This document shows, one piece after another, positions 50,294 to 62,600 of a stretch of 64,000 bases of DNA (position 1 is its first letter; the number at the start of each line of letters is the position of its first letter). The notes under the pieces were generated by a model. That model saw nothing but the letters and a program-made list of their open reading frames with translations. It made no database searches and was not told the DNA's origin. Both the position numbers and the translations under genes were made by a program. The stretch is from Ramazzottius varieornatus (taxonomy: Eukaryota; Animalia; Tardigrada). The stretch is taken from positions 682,001-746,000 of the forward strand of contig BDGG01000002.1 in NCBI GenBank assembly GCA_001949185.1, written 5' to 3'.

Positions 50294-51445
50294 ATGCCTC
50301 CACGGAAGAACACACCGATTGTGAGGCCTGTCAGCTCGGGAACGACAAGGGCAGAGCGAGCACAAGCAAGGCAATCGACCAAGGATCGTCTGTCGGAGGA
50401 GATTGAGTACCAACCTCCCAAAGTGGCGCGCCAGACATCCTCCAAGTCTTCGCTCACAGAAAACAAGGATGAAAAGCTGATCGTCAATACCATCAACAGA
50501 CTTAAAGCACAGAATAAAGCTCTGGAGGACGACGGGCACGCTGTGGAAAACTTTATCCGGACAGCAAGCAAAAATGATCCGCAGTATTTGTGAGCAACCA
50601 ACTGTTGATTCTTTGTTATACTGTATTGTTTATACTGAATTCGTGATCTCGACCGTTGTTGTATTTTCCAGGGAAATACAAGCAGTTGAAGCAGAAGAAG
50701 CTACGTTACGAGCAGAAATTACGGAGCTAGACGAATCGAACGAAAACCTGAAGGAATTGCTGGCGGAATATCGTAATCGGAATTTCCGTAAGATCGAGAT
50801 CTCTTTGTCGTTTTTCTTTCACCGGTGGATTTGATGTTTAGATTTTTGCAGCCATGTGTACTTCCATTCGCGCTCATGGGGGCAGAATCAACAAGCTGGC
50901 AAAGAGATTCTCTTCGTCAGGAAAAGCTGACTTGAGAAGGTAGTCCATCGATTGGGATCTGGGAGCTCAGTAAACAAGCTCGACAAGACGTTTTACCCAA
51001 GTAGCCCATTCCTACATTGTTCTAGGCTGGAAGCGTGCGCCACTTGGATACACGGATCTATCGAGTTTGACCGTTTTCCAAGTGGCGCACGTTCGCGGTG
51101 TATCTGTCTGTAAGCGTGCGCAAGTCATGGGCACGATCTTGTCGAGTTTGTTTGCCCAGGTTTTGACCTGGGATCCACTCTTAACCAGCTGAGTTTTTCT
51201 GTGAATTAAATTTCATAACCTTGTCCGGTTTCAGGGAACAAGAAACACTGAGGGAAATGACGAAAGAGACGGCAGCCAACCTGCATATTCTCAAACATCT
51301 GCCAGTGCTGGCTGCTCAGAAGAAGCACGACGAGGAGGCGGTCGGCCCCACGATCAACGGGATGGAGTTTATGGATGTAGAGATCCTCCGGGGTTTGGAG
51401 GACGGATTCCAGAAACTCCAGGTGGAAGTCTTTGGTGCGTTATAA
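50294..51445 (+). CDS. Uncharacterised coiled-coil protein (4 exons, ~240 aa)
   Basis: Exons ~50294-50589, 50672-50787, 50852-50939 and 51235-51445 join in frame through GT-AG introns; basic N-terminus, heptad-rich middle. Confidence 0.75.
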
Positions 51446-52202
51446 CTTAAGCGCAATCAGTTTTGTAAACCAAAGACGTTTACACGTCTGTACATACCCA
51501 GAGGTTTCAAACCGTCCTCAAAGTGGTCGGTTATTGACAAATAATTTCGGGATTTTCTTAGGGCGATGTTACTTAATGATCTCTGCGTTTTATGGGCACG
51601 CTTGTGTCTAGCTTGATTTTGGTTTAATAATTGGCAAAGCTCAGATGAAAACGGAAGATTACACACTGAAATGAAAACTTGAATGGGATCAACGATGGAT
51701 TGATATCCAGGAATGTATTCTGACAATCATCTGAAAATTCTCGTAAGTAGGAAAATGTATCTATGTTACCAGAAATTTGGCAAACATGATTTCTCGCAAC
51801 GACTAAAAGGAAAAAGAATGTGAGAAGATTTTTCCAAAAAGTCATCTTGGTAAATCGGCTTTTCGAATTGTCATGTTGTCAGCAGCAAGATTGATGATTG
51901 TCTGCTGAGGACAGTGTTGTCATCTTGACGAATGCTTTGGAATAGCCTGAGTATAGTACTGTAGAAGACTCATGCACCGCGAGGCTCGCGTGAATAATCT
52001 CAACGTGGTACTATTCTCCCCTGCAGCTACTGAGAAGGTCCTCGTTATGACTGTGGCAGTCAAATAACTTCAGTTATTTCTGACGAGTACAGTGTGAGAG
52101 CTCCACATAACACCATCGGTTCCACTGTGCAGCGTCTTTTTCAGTCTTGGCAATTTTCTCGGTTCTCGTGGGGAAGTTTATAGAAATAGAGTTTGAATGG
52201 CA

Positions 52203-54077
52203 ATGGCGGCAGTTGCTTCGGCGAACGCTACAGTCGACAAGGATATCATCCGCAAGAAGTACCCCGTCCCCGAGAAGATGCCAACACCCTACGAGATTGG
52301 CTACCACCACGCAGACTGGCTGTAAGAAAGTCGGCACAAGGATTTTTCGCAAAACCATCTTGAAGTTTCTTCCGGATAAAAGTTCATTCCATCTTGCAGG
52401 AAGGATTACAAAGGCTGCACGGTGGAGTACCCCAAGTACCTGACTCTACAGGACGTGGAGACCTTCGAAGCCTCACCGCTGGACATTCCCGTTTGCGCTT
52501 TCCCCAAAACCGGTATGTCTAGCCCTATTTCGTCTTCTCTCCAGAATGATATACTTCAAACTTGAAGATACAAACGTAGAAATAAGGCGTAATATTCCTC
52601 TTTTCATCCGGTGTATGAATACGTTAGCGTTTAATCTGCACCTGTTTGACGTTACTTCGATGGTGGTATCTCTTCAGCTGAAACTGAAGAATATATTGTT
52701 TAGAAACCTCGCCGGATAAGAATTTTTACAAGAAAACTGATAATTTACTCTCCGAGTTGTCTTTCTGTGTTGCGAGATGGACTGAGGTGACGACATGATT
52801 GTGTTTCTGTAGGGACGACATGGATGAACGGTATTGTGATGGGCGTGTTGGCCAACGGTGATCGTAAGGTCTATTACGACGCTCCTCTGGAGATGAAGAG
52901 TCCCTTCTTGTGTCGTTGTGAACCAGAGCAGCCGGTCGGGATGCGTCCCATCGACATTGTCAAGAAGCGCCCGCCGGGTCGTTCCTTCTTCACACATCTG
53001 GCTTACCAAGCATTGCCCGAGAGCCTCTTGAGAGCTGGTTCCAAGGTACGGTCTTAAAACGCCTGACGAAGCCTGAAATCTTTTCCTGTAATTGTTGCTG
53101 GTATTTTTCCGCAGAAAGTGTACATTTGGCGCAACCCGAAAGACACCATCATTTCCGAGTATCACTTCTTGCAAGCTCAAACCCGCATTCAGTTTCACGG
53201 AGACCTGGACGAGGTCGTGGATTCGTTCGTCAACGACAGGGTCGGCTTCGGTCCTTTCTTCGACCATCTAGCCAGCTTCTGGAAACATCGAAACGACGAC
53301 CCCAACATTTTCTTCTGCTCGTTCGAAGAACTGAAACGGGTACGCGTAACTCACAGATTACAGATTCGTTTCGATGTTCAGAATGTAGGCCGACAGGCCC
53401 GAAAAGATCCTCTACAAGGGGCGCACGCCTTGAGCCATCGACACTGGAACGTAGACACTTGGAAAAGCAAGTTCGACAAAGATTGTTTTTTCAAGTGACG
53501 CACGCTTCCAGCCAACAACGGTGACAACGTGCGTCGCTTGGGGGGACGATCGAGCTTGTCAAGGTCGTGTTTTCAAATGGCGCCAGCTTCCATCCGATAC
53601 AGAGAGAAAGTGCGCCACCTGTGAGAAACAGTCTTTTCCAGTTCGCTTGCCCATCTCAGGTCCGTTCCTTCTGAAATTATCTTGACTACATTCAGGACTT
53701 CCATAACGTTGTGAGACGTTTGGGCAAGTACCTCGGCAAGGACCTTACTGACGAGCAGATTCAAGTTGTTCACGAAGAAACAGACTTCCCGAAGTTCCAG
53801 TCCAACAATCTGTTGAACAAGTCGAAGGCGCACGAGCAAGGATACCTGGACTTCAACCGACACCAGTTCATTCGGGATGGTACTGTTTACTTCCAGAAAT
53901 TTTCCACGAAAACTTTAATGAACGATTTTTTCAGAATTTCGGTATTATTTGGCAGGCTCAGTGGGACAGTGGAAGAAGCTCTTCACACCGGAAATGAACA
54001 GGAAAGTGGATGCCTGGGTGGAAAAGAACATGAAGCGTCCAGAACTACAGGGAATGAAACTGGAATTCGAAATCTGA
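52203..54077 (+). CDS. Cytosolic sulfotransferase (SULT1-like)
   Basis: FPKTG/TTW 5'-PSB, FTHL, WRNPKDTIISEYHF 3'-PB, FEELK, FIRDG/SVGQWK. Confidence 0.93.
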
Positions 54078-54221
54078 AAGATAAGTTTGACCCGTCAGGG
54101 AAAAATTCTAAAGTAGACTAAATTTATCGTAAACTCAGAACAGACACCATTCGCTATCACCATCGGTGAAAAACAAACTTTTAAATATTTTCATGGTTTA
54201 CAGTTTAGACTAGGCTACGAT

Positions 54222-54711
54222 CAGAGAAGTTGCATTTTGCGCAGATGGTTTGGACAAACTAGAACCAATGAATTTTGAAAATCGAAGTTTATAAAAGCAT
54301 TCGTTAGAACCTTTGAGAAGTTGCACAACGCGGGCGAGTTTGAGAAAAACGATGGGACAAACGACCGCTGCTGGTCATGTTCGGCAGTAATTAGCCCACC
54401 AAGTTAAAAAAGAGCCGGCTAAAATGCAAATCTGATTAACTGATTGTCCGGCGTGGAGGCCCTGTGTTGCCCGGGCACCGATTACGCTTCCTAGTGTTTC
54501 GGGCCAGCCAGGGCAGTACTGACGGCAATTCGTTCATGTTTGAAATCTACGGGTGATTTTCTTCGTGATTCACGAACGAAGCCCCCCTCCCCTTCGTTTC
54601 GTGGATCGCGAGGCGAATTACAAATCTTGAATGTTTAAACTTTTCTAAATGCAATCGTTTTGTCCAAACTGTCGTTTGTTCAAACCATCTGTGCAAAGTG
54701 CAACTTCTCTA
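54222..54711. mobile_element. MITE
   Basis: AGAGAAGTTGCATTTTGCGCAGATGGTTTG / CAAACCATCTGTGCAAAGTGCAACTTCTCT TIRs. Confidence 0.75.
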
Positions 54712-55683
54712 TTTCAAACACTTCTCATGCACGAATTTCACAACAGCGTTATGTAATTGTTTAGAGCGAAAGTGACTCGCTGAAAAAATGGCCGCACATC
54801 GGGACTTGGTGGCTCTTTCGTGGCCACGTTGGCGTCTCGTATTTCGCAGACAATAGTGGCGTAGGTGGCCAGCACTTCGAGGAGTTGCAATATCAACCAC
54901 AATGACGACGATGATACTCACCAACATATCAGCAAAGGTATTCGCGTAGCAGAAAAGGGCGTGGCGTAGCCGAATGAAATACTGTCGGTTGATATTCTGC
55001 CGATCGGGTAATCCCGGTGGTATCATCACTCTTGGCTGCTGTCGCTGACACTTGCTGGTCCAACTTCAGGTCCGCCATTGGAGAATAATTATCAAACTGG
55101 TCGGGATCGTTTACCCAAGCGGCGCGCCCCTTCAGCCGGTAACACTTTTAACGTCCGCGACTTGGGAAGACCATATTTTCGAGTTTGCCTGCAAAGTCCC
55201 CCTTCTCCTAATGTAATACAGACCGGAAGTCAGAGTCTCGGAGGGCTTACTTGACTCTCACAGTGCAAACAAAGCGAGAGGCGTAGCAAAGTCTGCGCGA
55301 CTGTGCTGGAGGTGTAGCAGTAGACCCATGGCTCCTGTAGATCCCACATGAATCTGTGTTTTCGATTCACATACGCAAAAAATCAGGGTTTCGAATTAGA
55401 ATTTCGCTTTGCGCTGGGGACCGAGTCAAGCTGGACTGCGACCACAAGTAAAGCTAGAACGTTTGCGGAAAGATAAGCTGGGCAAATGGTTCGTTTTCTC
55501 CAGTTTGCTGCCTTATTTCCGTTAACGAACTGATCATTGACCTAACTTGGAGGATCACTTCCGAACTCCATGCACATCGAGGCTGATGGTACGGTCTCTG
55601 AGGTGCCTGTTTTGGAAGGTGTTTGATATGAAGATAAATCGTCCGCCAGTGTGTATACGTACGATCTGTCACGAAGACTCTCA

Positions 55684-58182
55684 CGAGGGGATTTTTCCAA
55701 TCCGCCGCCTCTGATCCTCGAACCGACATCACAGGTGGATGGAGAAGATTTTTCTCTATATAGTCTGAGCCGGAAACCTCGTCATATTTCCGTTCCTGGA
55801 ATAAACTGCAGGAACCGGAAGTTACGTCAAAATTAGGGCGGTACTGTACATTGACCGAGGCACAATCAATAAGTTTGATTGACTCATAGTTGATTGGCCA
55901 AAATTGATTGTTCCTTCCATCATATGAGCTTGTCGCTGTCGCATGACGCATCTTTTGTTGATTCTCTCCTCCATAATCTTCCCACAACACTGCGATGTAC
56001 TCCGTCAATCCCTTGAACGTGCTCCTGGAAGAGGAATACAAACTCCGGTATCAACCGGACGATGCGCCAAGTGAAGCGGACAAGCAGCTGAAAGACCTTA
56101 TCAAAGGTAGGTATTTTTCCGAAGGTTCAGTGCAGAAGTAAGAGGTTTTGTTTCACCGGATTGTTGGAATATTCTAGATCTTAGTGACATCAAAATTGCT
56201 CGAAGCGACAGTCCTGTGCTGGAGGTTGAAGAGGACTTGCAAGGGGACCTACAGCTCGACGGGCTAACGTTCGACGACTTTGAAAAGACAGCGGGTGATG
56301 CTAACCTGTTGAACGGTAGTGCCGAACGTTATTTCTTCGAAGATGATCGCTTGAACGAGCCCGTTACAAGTGACACTGAACCTTCGTCCCACGAAATATT
56401 TGTTCCGCGACTCCCAGATCGAAGAGTTCCGTCAAGCCAAGCTGTCAATCTTGACTACCAGAAACGTGCTGTTGATTACTGGTGTAACGCTACAGCAAAG
56501 AAACGGCGGAGCTTGTCTTCAGTCCGAATCCATTTCACAAAAGTTCGGGACGAACGACAGCTAAGAGACTGGAAGAAACAGCTAGCTGAAGGCGGATCCC
56601 GATTCGACAAATTGAAAGTCATTCGCTTGGAGACAGCAAAGCAGTACTTCATGGCCAAGCAGAAGAGACAAGTAGCCAAGGATTTGGATCTTAAACGATG
56701 GGCGATAACCGCGAATGATGATGTGGATCTACCTGGTTTCACCGCTTCGCCGCACTGGGTGTCAAAATTCAAACGGTAATTGATATCGTGCAAGAATTTA
56801 CTTATCGATTTAACGAAGGCAAATCTTCTGTATTTGAACGTCGGCAAACGATTTCACCTGAATCGTTAGATCAAGTAGCGCACGTTACCGTACTCAATAA
56901 GTGACAGCGGCGCCACTTGAAAAAACGACCTTTTCCAATTTGCTGGCAGTGTTCCGATGACATTTATGCTAGTTTGGCAGGTACTACGGAATAGTTGATC
57001 GAAAGATAACGAAGTTCTTCACAAAGAAGTCCCTCGAAGCAGCTCCCCAAGTCAAGCAAAGTGCAGAAGAGTGTGTTGCGCTGGTCAGATCCAGAATAGC
57101 GGAGCACGGATTGGACTGTCTTTGGAACACGGATCAGTCAGGATTTGAATATGAGGTGAGGCCCGGGAGAACTTTGAAGCAGAAAGGCGTGAAACACGTC
57201 GAGGCTATAACCCAGTCCGAAAATTCCATGACTCATTCCTATACTGTCATGATGACAATCTCTCCCGGCACACGAAAGTTTCATCCTATTTTGTTCATCA
57301 CCCTGAAAGAAGAAAAAGGAGTCTTAGGCCCAATCGTGTCGAAAACGATGTTCAAAGCTGATAACCTGTACATCACTGCGTCGACATCGGGAAAAACGAC
57401 GAAGAAGCTCTACCTCAAATGGTCCGAAAATGTGTTGTTTCCGCATATGGAAGACCGCTGTATCCTTCTGGCTGACTCCTGGAAGACGTTCGCCGATCAG
57501 GACGCTGTTATCGAACTCAAGCCCGAAGAGCTGCAGTACGAGATGATCACCATACCTCCCAAAGTGACTGGTAGTATCCAGCCGTTGGATGTTCTGTGCT
57601 TCCGGATGTACAAGGGATGTTTCAAAAAGATCTCAAATTTCGTGTTTGTTAATGATGTTCCTGTACATGTCCATCATAGGGACGTAATCCTAAAACTTCA
57701 TTCCTTACTGTATCAGCAGTTTCAGTCACCCAGATTCGAGAACCTAATTGTACGTGCCTGGTTCAAGTCGGGATATACGGATGAACGGGTACAGTATGTG
57801 AACCCCGCAAGCTTCATGTTCAAGAAGCTGAATGGCCGCTGCATTCATAATAACTGTAAGAATACTGTCCTTCTGGTCTGTGGGTGGTGCAAAGGTCGCC
57901 TCTGTTTTCACCATTTCTATGATGTTCATCATTTCTGTACCATCTACCTGCCTTAATGTTTTTTTGAATTTTCCACTAGATATCTTTACGAGGACGGAAG
58001 TAACAGGTTAACTTGTAGCGCCACCTGTGTTGGAATTTTGACGTAACTTCCGGTTCCTGCAGTTTATTCCAGGAACGGAAATATGACCAGGTTTCCGGCT
58101 CAGACTATAGAGAAAACTCTTCTCCATCCACCTGTGATGTCGGTTTGAGGATCAGAGGCGGCGGATTGGAAAAATCCCCTCG
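55684..58182 (+). mobile_element. Full-length Tc4/Tc5-type (pogo-related) transposon
   Basis: ~150-bp TIRs starting CGAGGGGATTTTTCCAATCCGCC; TCA duplication within a CTCAG target. Confidence 0.92.
55995..57956 (+). CDS. Intact transposase, 561 aa, DD37D, C-terminal Cys/His finger
   Basis: Exons 55995-56106, 56178-56775, 56981-57956 join in frame; FTASPHWV HTH; TDQSG, ADSW, QPLDV; C...C....CGWC...LCFHHF...H.C. Confidence 0.9.
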
Positions 58183-58228
58183 TCAGAAGTCACAAACGAA
58201 GTCCGAAGCGTTGACGAGGTGGCGTCAC

Positions 58229-58684
58229 TTGCACGAACGACGATATATTATGGGCCAGTAAAAATTACGGGCCAGGCGGGAAAGACGGCAAATTCACAAT
58301 GTGCATGGAAGTCAGAATCAGAAATCGGATAAATGACGTAACGCAGTAAAATTCAACCGTAGAAAATCGTGATGGACAGTAGCCATCAGCTGATCAGCTG
58401 TTTTATTCTGACGCTTCAACGCTGCTGTCTACTTTCTCCCGGAGAAGCCTTGGACTAATTTGAACTGTTGAAGGTATACGTGTTCCGGTAAAATGGAGAT
58501 CTAACTGCTTTAATAAATATGGCAAGGTTTAGCTCTTCGGCCCAATATCCAGCACGTACGTACAGCAGTCCAGCCTTCGATGTTGGTCTTACTTGTAGCA
58601 AGAAATACCTGCCCGTGCTGCCGTAGCGAAAAGGCCTGGCCAGTACTTTTTACTGGCTGATAATATCTCGTCGTGCGTGTACAG
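58229..58684. mobile_element. MITE family A, longer copy
   Basis: GCACGAACGACGATATATTATGGGCCAGTAAAAA ... TTTTTACTGGCTGATAATATCTCGTCGTGCGTGTAC. Confidence 0.65.
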
Positions 58685-59023
58685 CACATGTAGGGACTAG
58701 CGGTGAAAAGCATGATCTTTCCTCGACTGATATTCACTTCACTTCTGTCCTGTATCGTTTTCGTTTTTATTGATACAGGCAGTTGCTAGAATTCCAAACG
58801 TTTTACTTTGAAAGTTCATCGACACGTATTTCAGGAAGAAGTGTGATGTGAAGTACGATACATAAATGGCGTAACCTGAATGTTAGGAACAAATGAAGAA
58901 ACGGCAGAAGCAACCGATGGATCCAACTTGATAAAGTATAGTTCAAAGTGCAGGTTGTATCACACGAAGCAGGCGCATGCCACATCCGGTTGATCGAGAA
59001 ATTGCAAGCTGAGGTTTAGTCCC

Positions 59024-59689
59024 TTAGCTCTTGGCTTGGACTATGACGGGTTGGACGATGGGTTTGCAACATCTCAGCTTGTACCCGCTCCAGCAGCAAG
59101 CGCCATCTCCGCAGGCACTCTTTTCCATCTCGTTCTCACCAGACTCGCATCCCATCTGACAGAATGGGGCCGTTCCCACCTGAAAGTGCCATTTCACAAT
59201 ACGTTTCGGCCCCGAAGAAAATCTCGAAGCTCGGCATACAAACTTGATACGATTGTCCCCCCCGCCCAACTGGCGCACTTTCTCGGTCTTATAGGCCGAA
59301 AGCGTGCGCCAGTCGGAAAGCAATCTTGCTCAGTTTAATTGTTTCCTCAAGTGACGCACGCTTTCAGCCGAAAGCGTGCACCACTTGAGAAAAACGATCT
59401 CATGAGTTTGACGGTTTTTCCAAGTAGCGTACTTTCCTCGTGTTTGTTGCCTGAACGAGTGCGTCACTTGAGAAAACGATCTGGTCGAATGTGATTGCCG
59501 TGGCCACACTTTGACCAAGACACTGAGTTCGCTTTCTGGTCGAAGGAAAGGCAATTCAGAGCTGAAACTTACCCATCGGCAAGTTTGTCCACTGGCCGCT
59601 GCAGCCGCCGCTGCAAGTAAATCGGCCGATTCGCACTGAAGAGCCAGCATGGCGACAACGAGAATAATTCCGGCCTTGACGTAATGCAT
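59024..59689 (-). CDS. Small secreted Cys-rich peptide (90 aa, GTAPFC motif)
   Basis: Exons 59689-59573 and 59179-59024: signal peptide, then CRW/VGTAPFCQMGC...SACGDGACCWSGYKLRCC. Confidence 0.85.
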
Positions 59690-62600
59690 TGTAAAGGGGT
59701 TTTGGGGAATCGTAAAAGGGAAGCTCTATCGAGAAAGTTGAAACTGGTGGCGAGTTAAAGCCGTTGTTTATAAATATAGCATGCAATGCGGAAGTGAGAA
59801 ATGCGAAACTGAAGTGCTTTGAAGGATGTGGAACGGAGTACCGTGAGACTTTCTGCCGGTTTTTGTCGTCTGGCGGTGTTGGTAGGGTAGTTGGACTTTA
59901 GCCTGTGGGCAGTGCTATTCGTGGCTACTTCGCGGCTGAGTCACTATTATGCAGGCTTGGCTGCCTTTCCACGGGTAAATGTTTACGCGCTGTTTCCGAA
60001 ATTTGTGGAAATGAACTGGGTGAGCACATCAGCAACCGCGGTCTACACGGGTAGCATGGCAAAGGGCTTATCAACAATCGCTGATCTTTGTCACTTCCAC
60101 AGGAGAGCAGCTTGACCATCTGTTCTACAGTAGTTCAGCAACGTGGCGCCAAAGGTTATTTTTGCAGCGACGGGAGCGATGAAAAATCTGGATGGGATCC
60201 GGGCGAATAATTACAACCTCGACAAAACCGCTCTTCGAAGTGGCGCATGCTTTCACCTGGTACGGCCGAAAATGTGCGCCACTTGAGCAGACATACAAAC
60301 TCGACAAAATCGCTTTTCGAAGTGCGGCACGGTGCCAACCAGTAATACCGAGGATGTGCGTCAGTTGGGAAAACAATCATGTCGAGCTTATTTGCTGAAC
60401 TTCCATACGCTCCGTTCAAAGTACGAGGTAAACTCCACAATTCGGGCGGGCCAATTTTCCCATCATAATTCGGGCGGCGCGAAAAGTTGATACCTTATTC
60501 ACTATGCTGTATTGATTGATCATCGTGCATCGGTTGATACAACACTTGCCTTTTCAACATTGAGCAGACCCCTCTTCCTCTCACCGCTGACTCCTCAACT
60601 TCGTGACGTCTTCCTATCTCTAGAACTATCACGAGAGATAGAAGAGTGTCTGTTCTGGCCCGGCGAACAAAAACTAGAGGATTTGGAGCAGAAAGAGCAG
60701 AGATACAGACCGCCCGAATTGTGATGGGAAATTCGGTCCGACCGAGTTGTGGAGTTTACCTCGTAAAGGAAGTTGGCAGCACCGTTGAACATCGATTCTA
60801 TCATTGAACAAAAAGAAAACATAATTGCACTCTGAACAAGTGTATGACGTGTCCATGCCGATGGCAGCTTGAGACATTCGAGCACTCCAACCCTGAAAAC
60901 AGTTCGCTGGCGTTTTTTTCAGCGCTGACTGGATTCTCCGTGGCGCACTTAATCACAACGAAAACCTTATGACGAGGCAACCGTTGTGTGCACTTTTGGT
61001 CCTCAAACTTCCGCTTCTGAACTTTTGCGACAGCATTTCTTCCTGATGCTGTCTTGAAGACGCGAGAAAGTCCTTCACGTTTTGCCTTGACTGCACAATC
61101 AATTTCTTCAGTCGAAACCCACGACCTAGCTAGGCTAGAAACCCATCAGCTGTGCTGTAGTAGGCTTGAATACGTCCAATATATACGTTGTGTCGTGGTC
61201 TTGATAAAGTTGTGGGTCGAAGAAAGAGAGAGCCACTCCGTTAGTCAGCGCAGTCAGCACTGAACCTGATCATCAGGAAGCCCTTGTATGATAACACGCG
61301 CAGGCCAGCCTCAACGAGCGAGCACCGGTACGTCGCGGTGATGTCAACGCGGTTGGCTGTTGTTCGCCGTCGGCTACTGGAGCACCTCTAGATCTACCGT
61401 CAGGCACCACACTGGGCTCTTGTATGATCGCAATCCGGATGTACACGCGCGTGGATCCTCGTTCAGGTTTCTGCGACGGCTATTTTCGATTACACACTGT
61501 ACCAGCTACCGTTATTAAACCATCCCCACATACCGGCCATACCGGCCACTTGCGTAAAACCCTCTTACTCTCTATCCGTCGAATTCCGCTAGACTAAATA
61601 TTGTCATCTGTTTGACGGCATTCCACCAGCTCTGTTCCTGGTTGTGCTGTATTTTTCTAAGAATTTTTCATCTGACCATGGCGACGACTTGAACGATAGT
61701 GGCGGAAGAGGAGCCGGATATGTCGCGTCGAGAGCCGGGACATATGCGAGAGCTCTTTCGGAAGAAGAGTCAGCGCGACTGGAACCGCATCCGCAACAAC
61801 CTAGTCCGGCGCTCCAGGAAGCAACGACCTGGTGATGGACGGCCTGGTGCCGCTGTTGGTATAGAGGATAACCCACCAGGAAATGGCCAACATGTTAACG
61901 ACGCCTACAATGACGCTGGAATACACGTAAGCTACCTACTGCTCCCACTCCTTTATGCTTTTCCTAGGTTTTTTTCTCAAAATTTAAACATCGGGCGCAA
62001 ATAAGAAATTCAAGAATTTCCGGTCAACTCATACCGTCAGGTCAACAGTCTCATCTCAGTGGTCTCACATTTTTCCTATCGGTACAACCGTAGTGCAACG
62101 GAATCCCAAGTTCTTTACCACCCGCCATATCGGCATTTGTTTACGAAATTTTCTTGATAACCCCAGCTTTAACTGCACTGAAATCGTGCGGTCATTACCT
62201 GGGAGCTCGGCAAACAAACTGGACAAGATCGTTTTGCCAAGTGGCGCACGTGTACAGCTAATGGCACTGGACACATGCGCAGGCAAGATCGGCAAGTTCG
62301 TTTTTCCATGTGGCGCGCGCTTCCAGTGTTGTTAGCTGAAAGCAAGCGCCTTTCTGGAAAAATGGGCTTGTCGTCTTCCACTTCTGGGAACGCCGGAGTC
62401 CCGCGAAAGCAGTTTGGAGGATTAATGTGAGCCTGTTCTTGAGGACCGGGGGTATAAGACGTCCGTGTAACCTTGAAGATCTCCACTGGGTTTACGGCGC
62501 CTCTCTAGCGTGTGGATGCGATTGCATAATGGCAGCTCAGTAACGCGTTGTGAATGTGTGTATGGTTGGCGAGTGTTGAGATGGGGTCTTGTACTCAACG

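Noticed and set aside
60500-61300. Cys-containing short ORFs on the minus strand
   Set aside because: No recognisable domain or consistent splice structure
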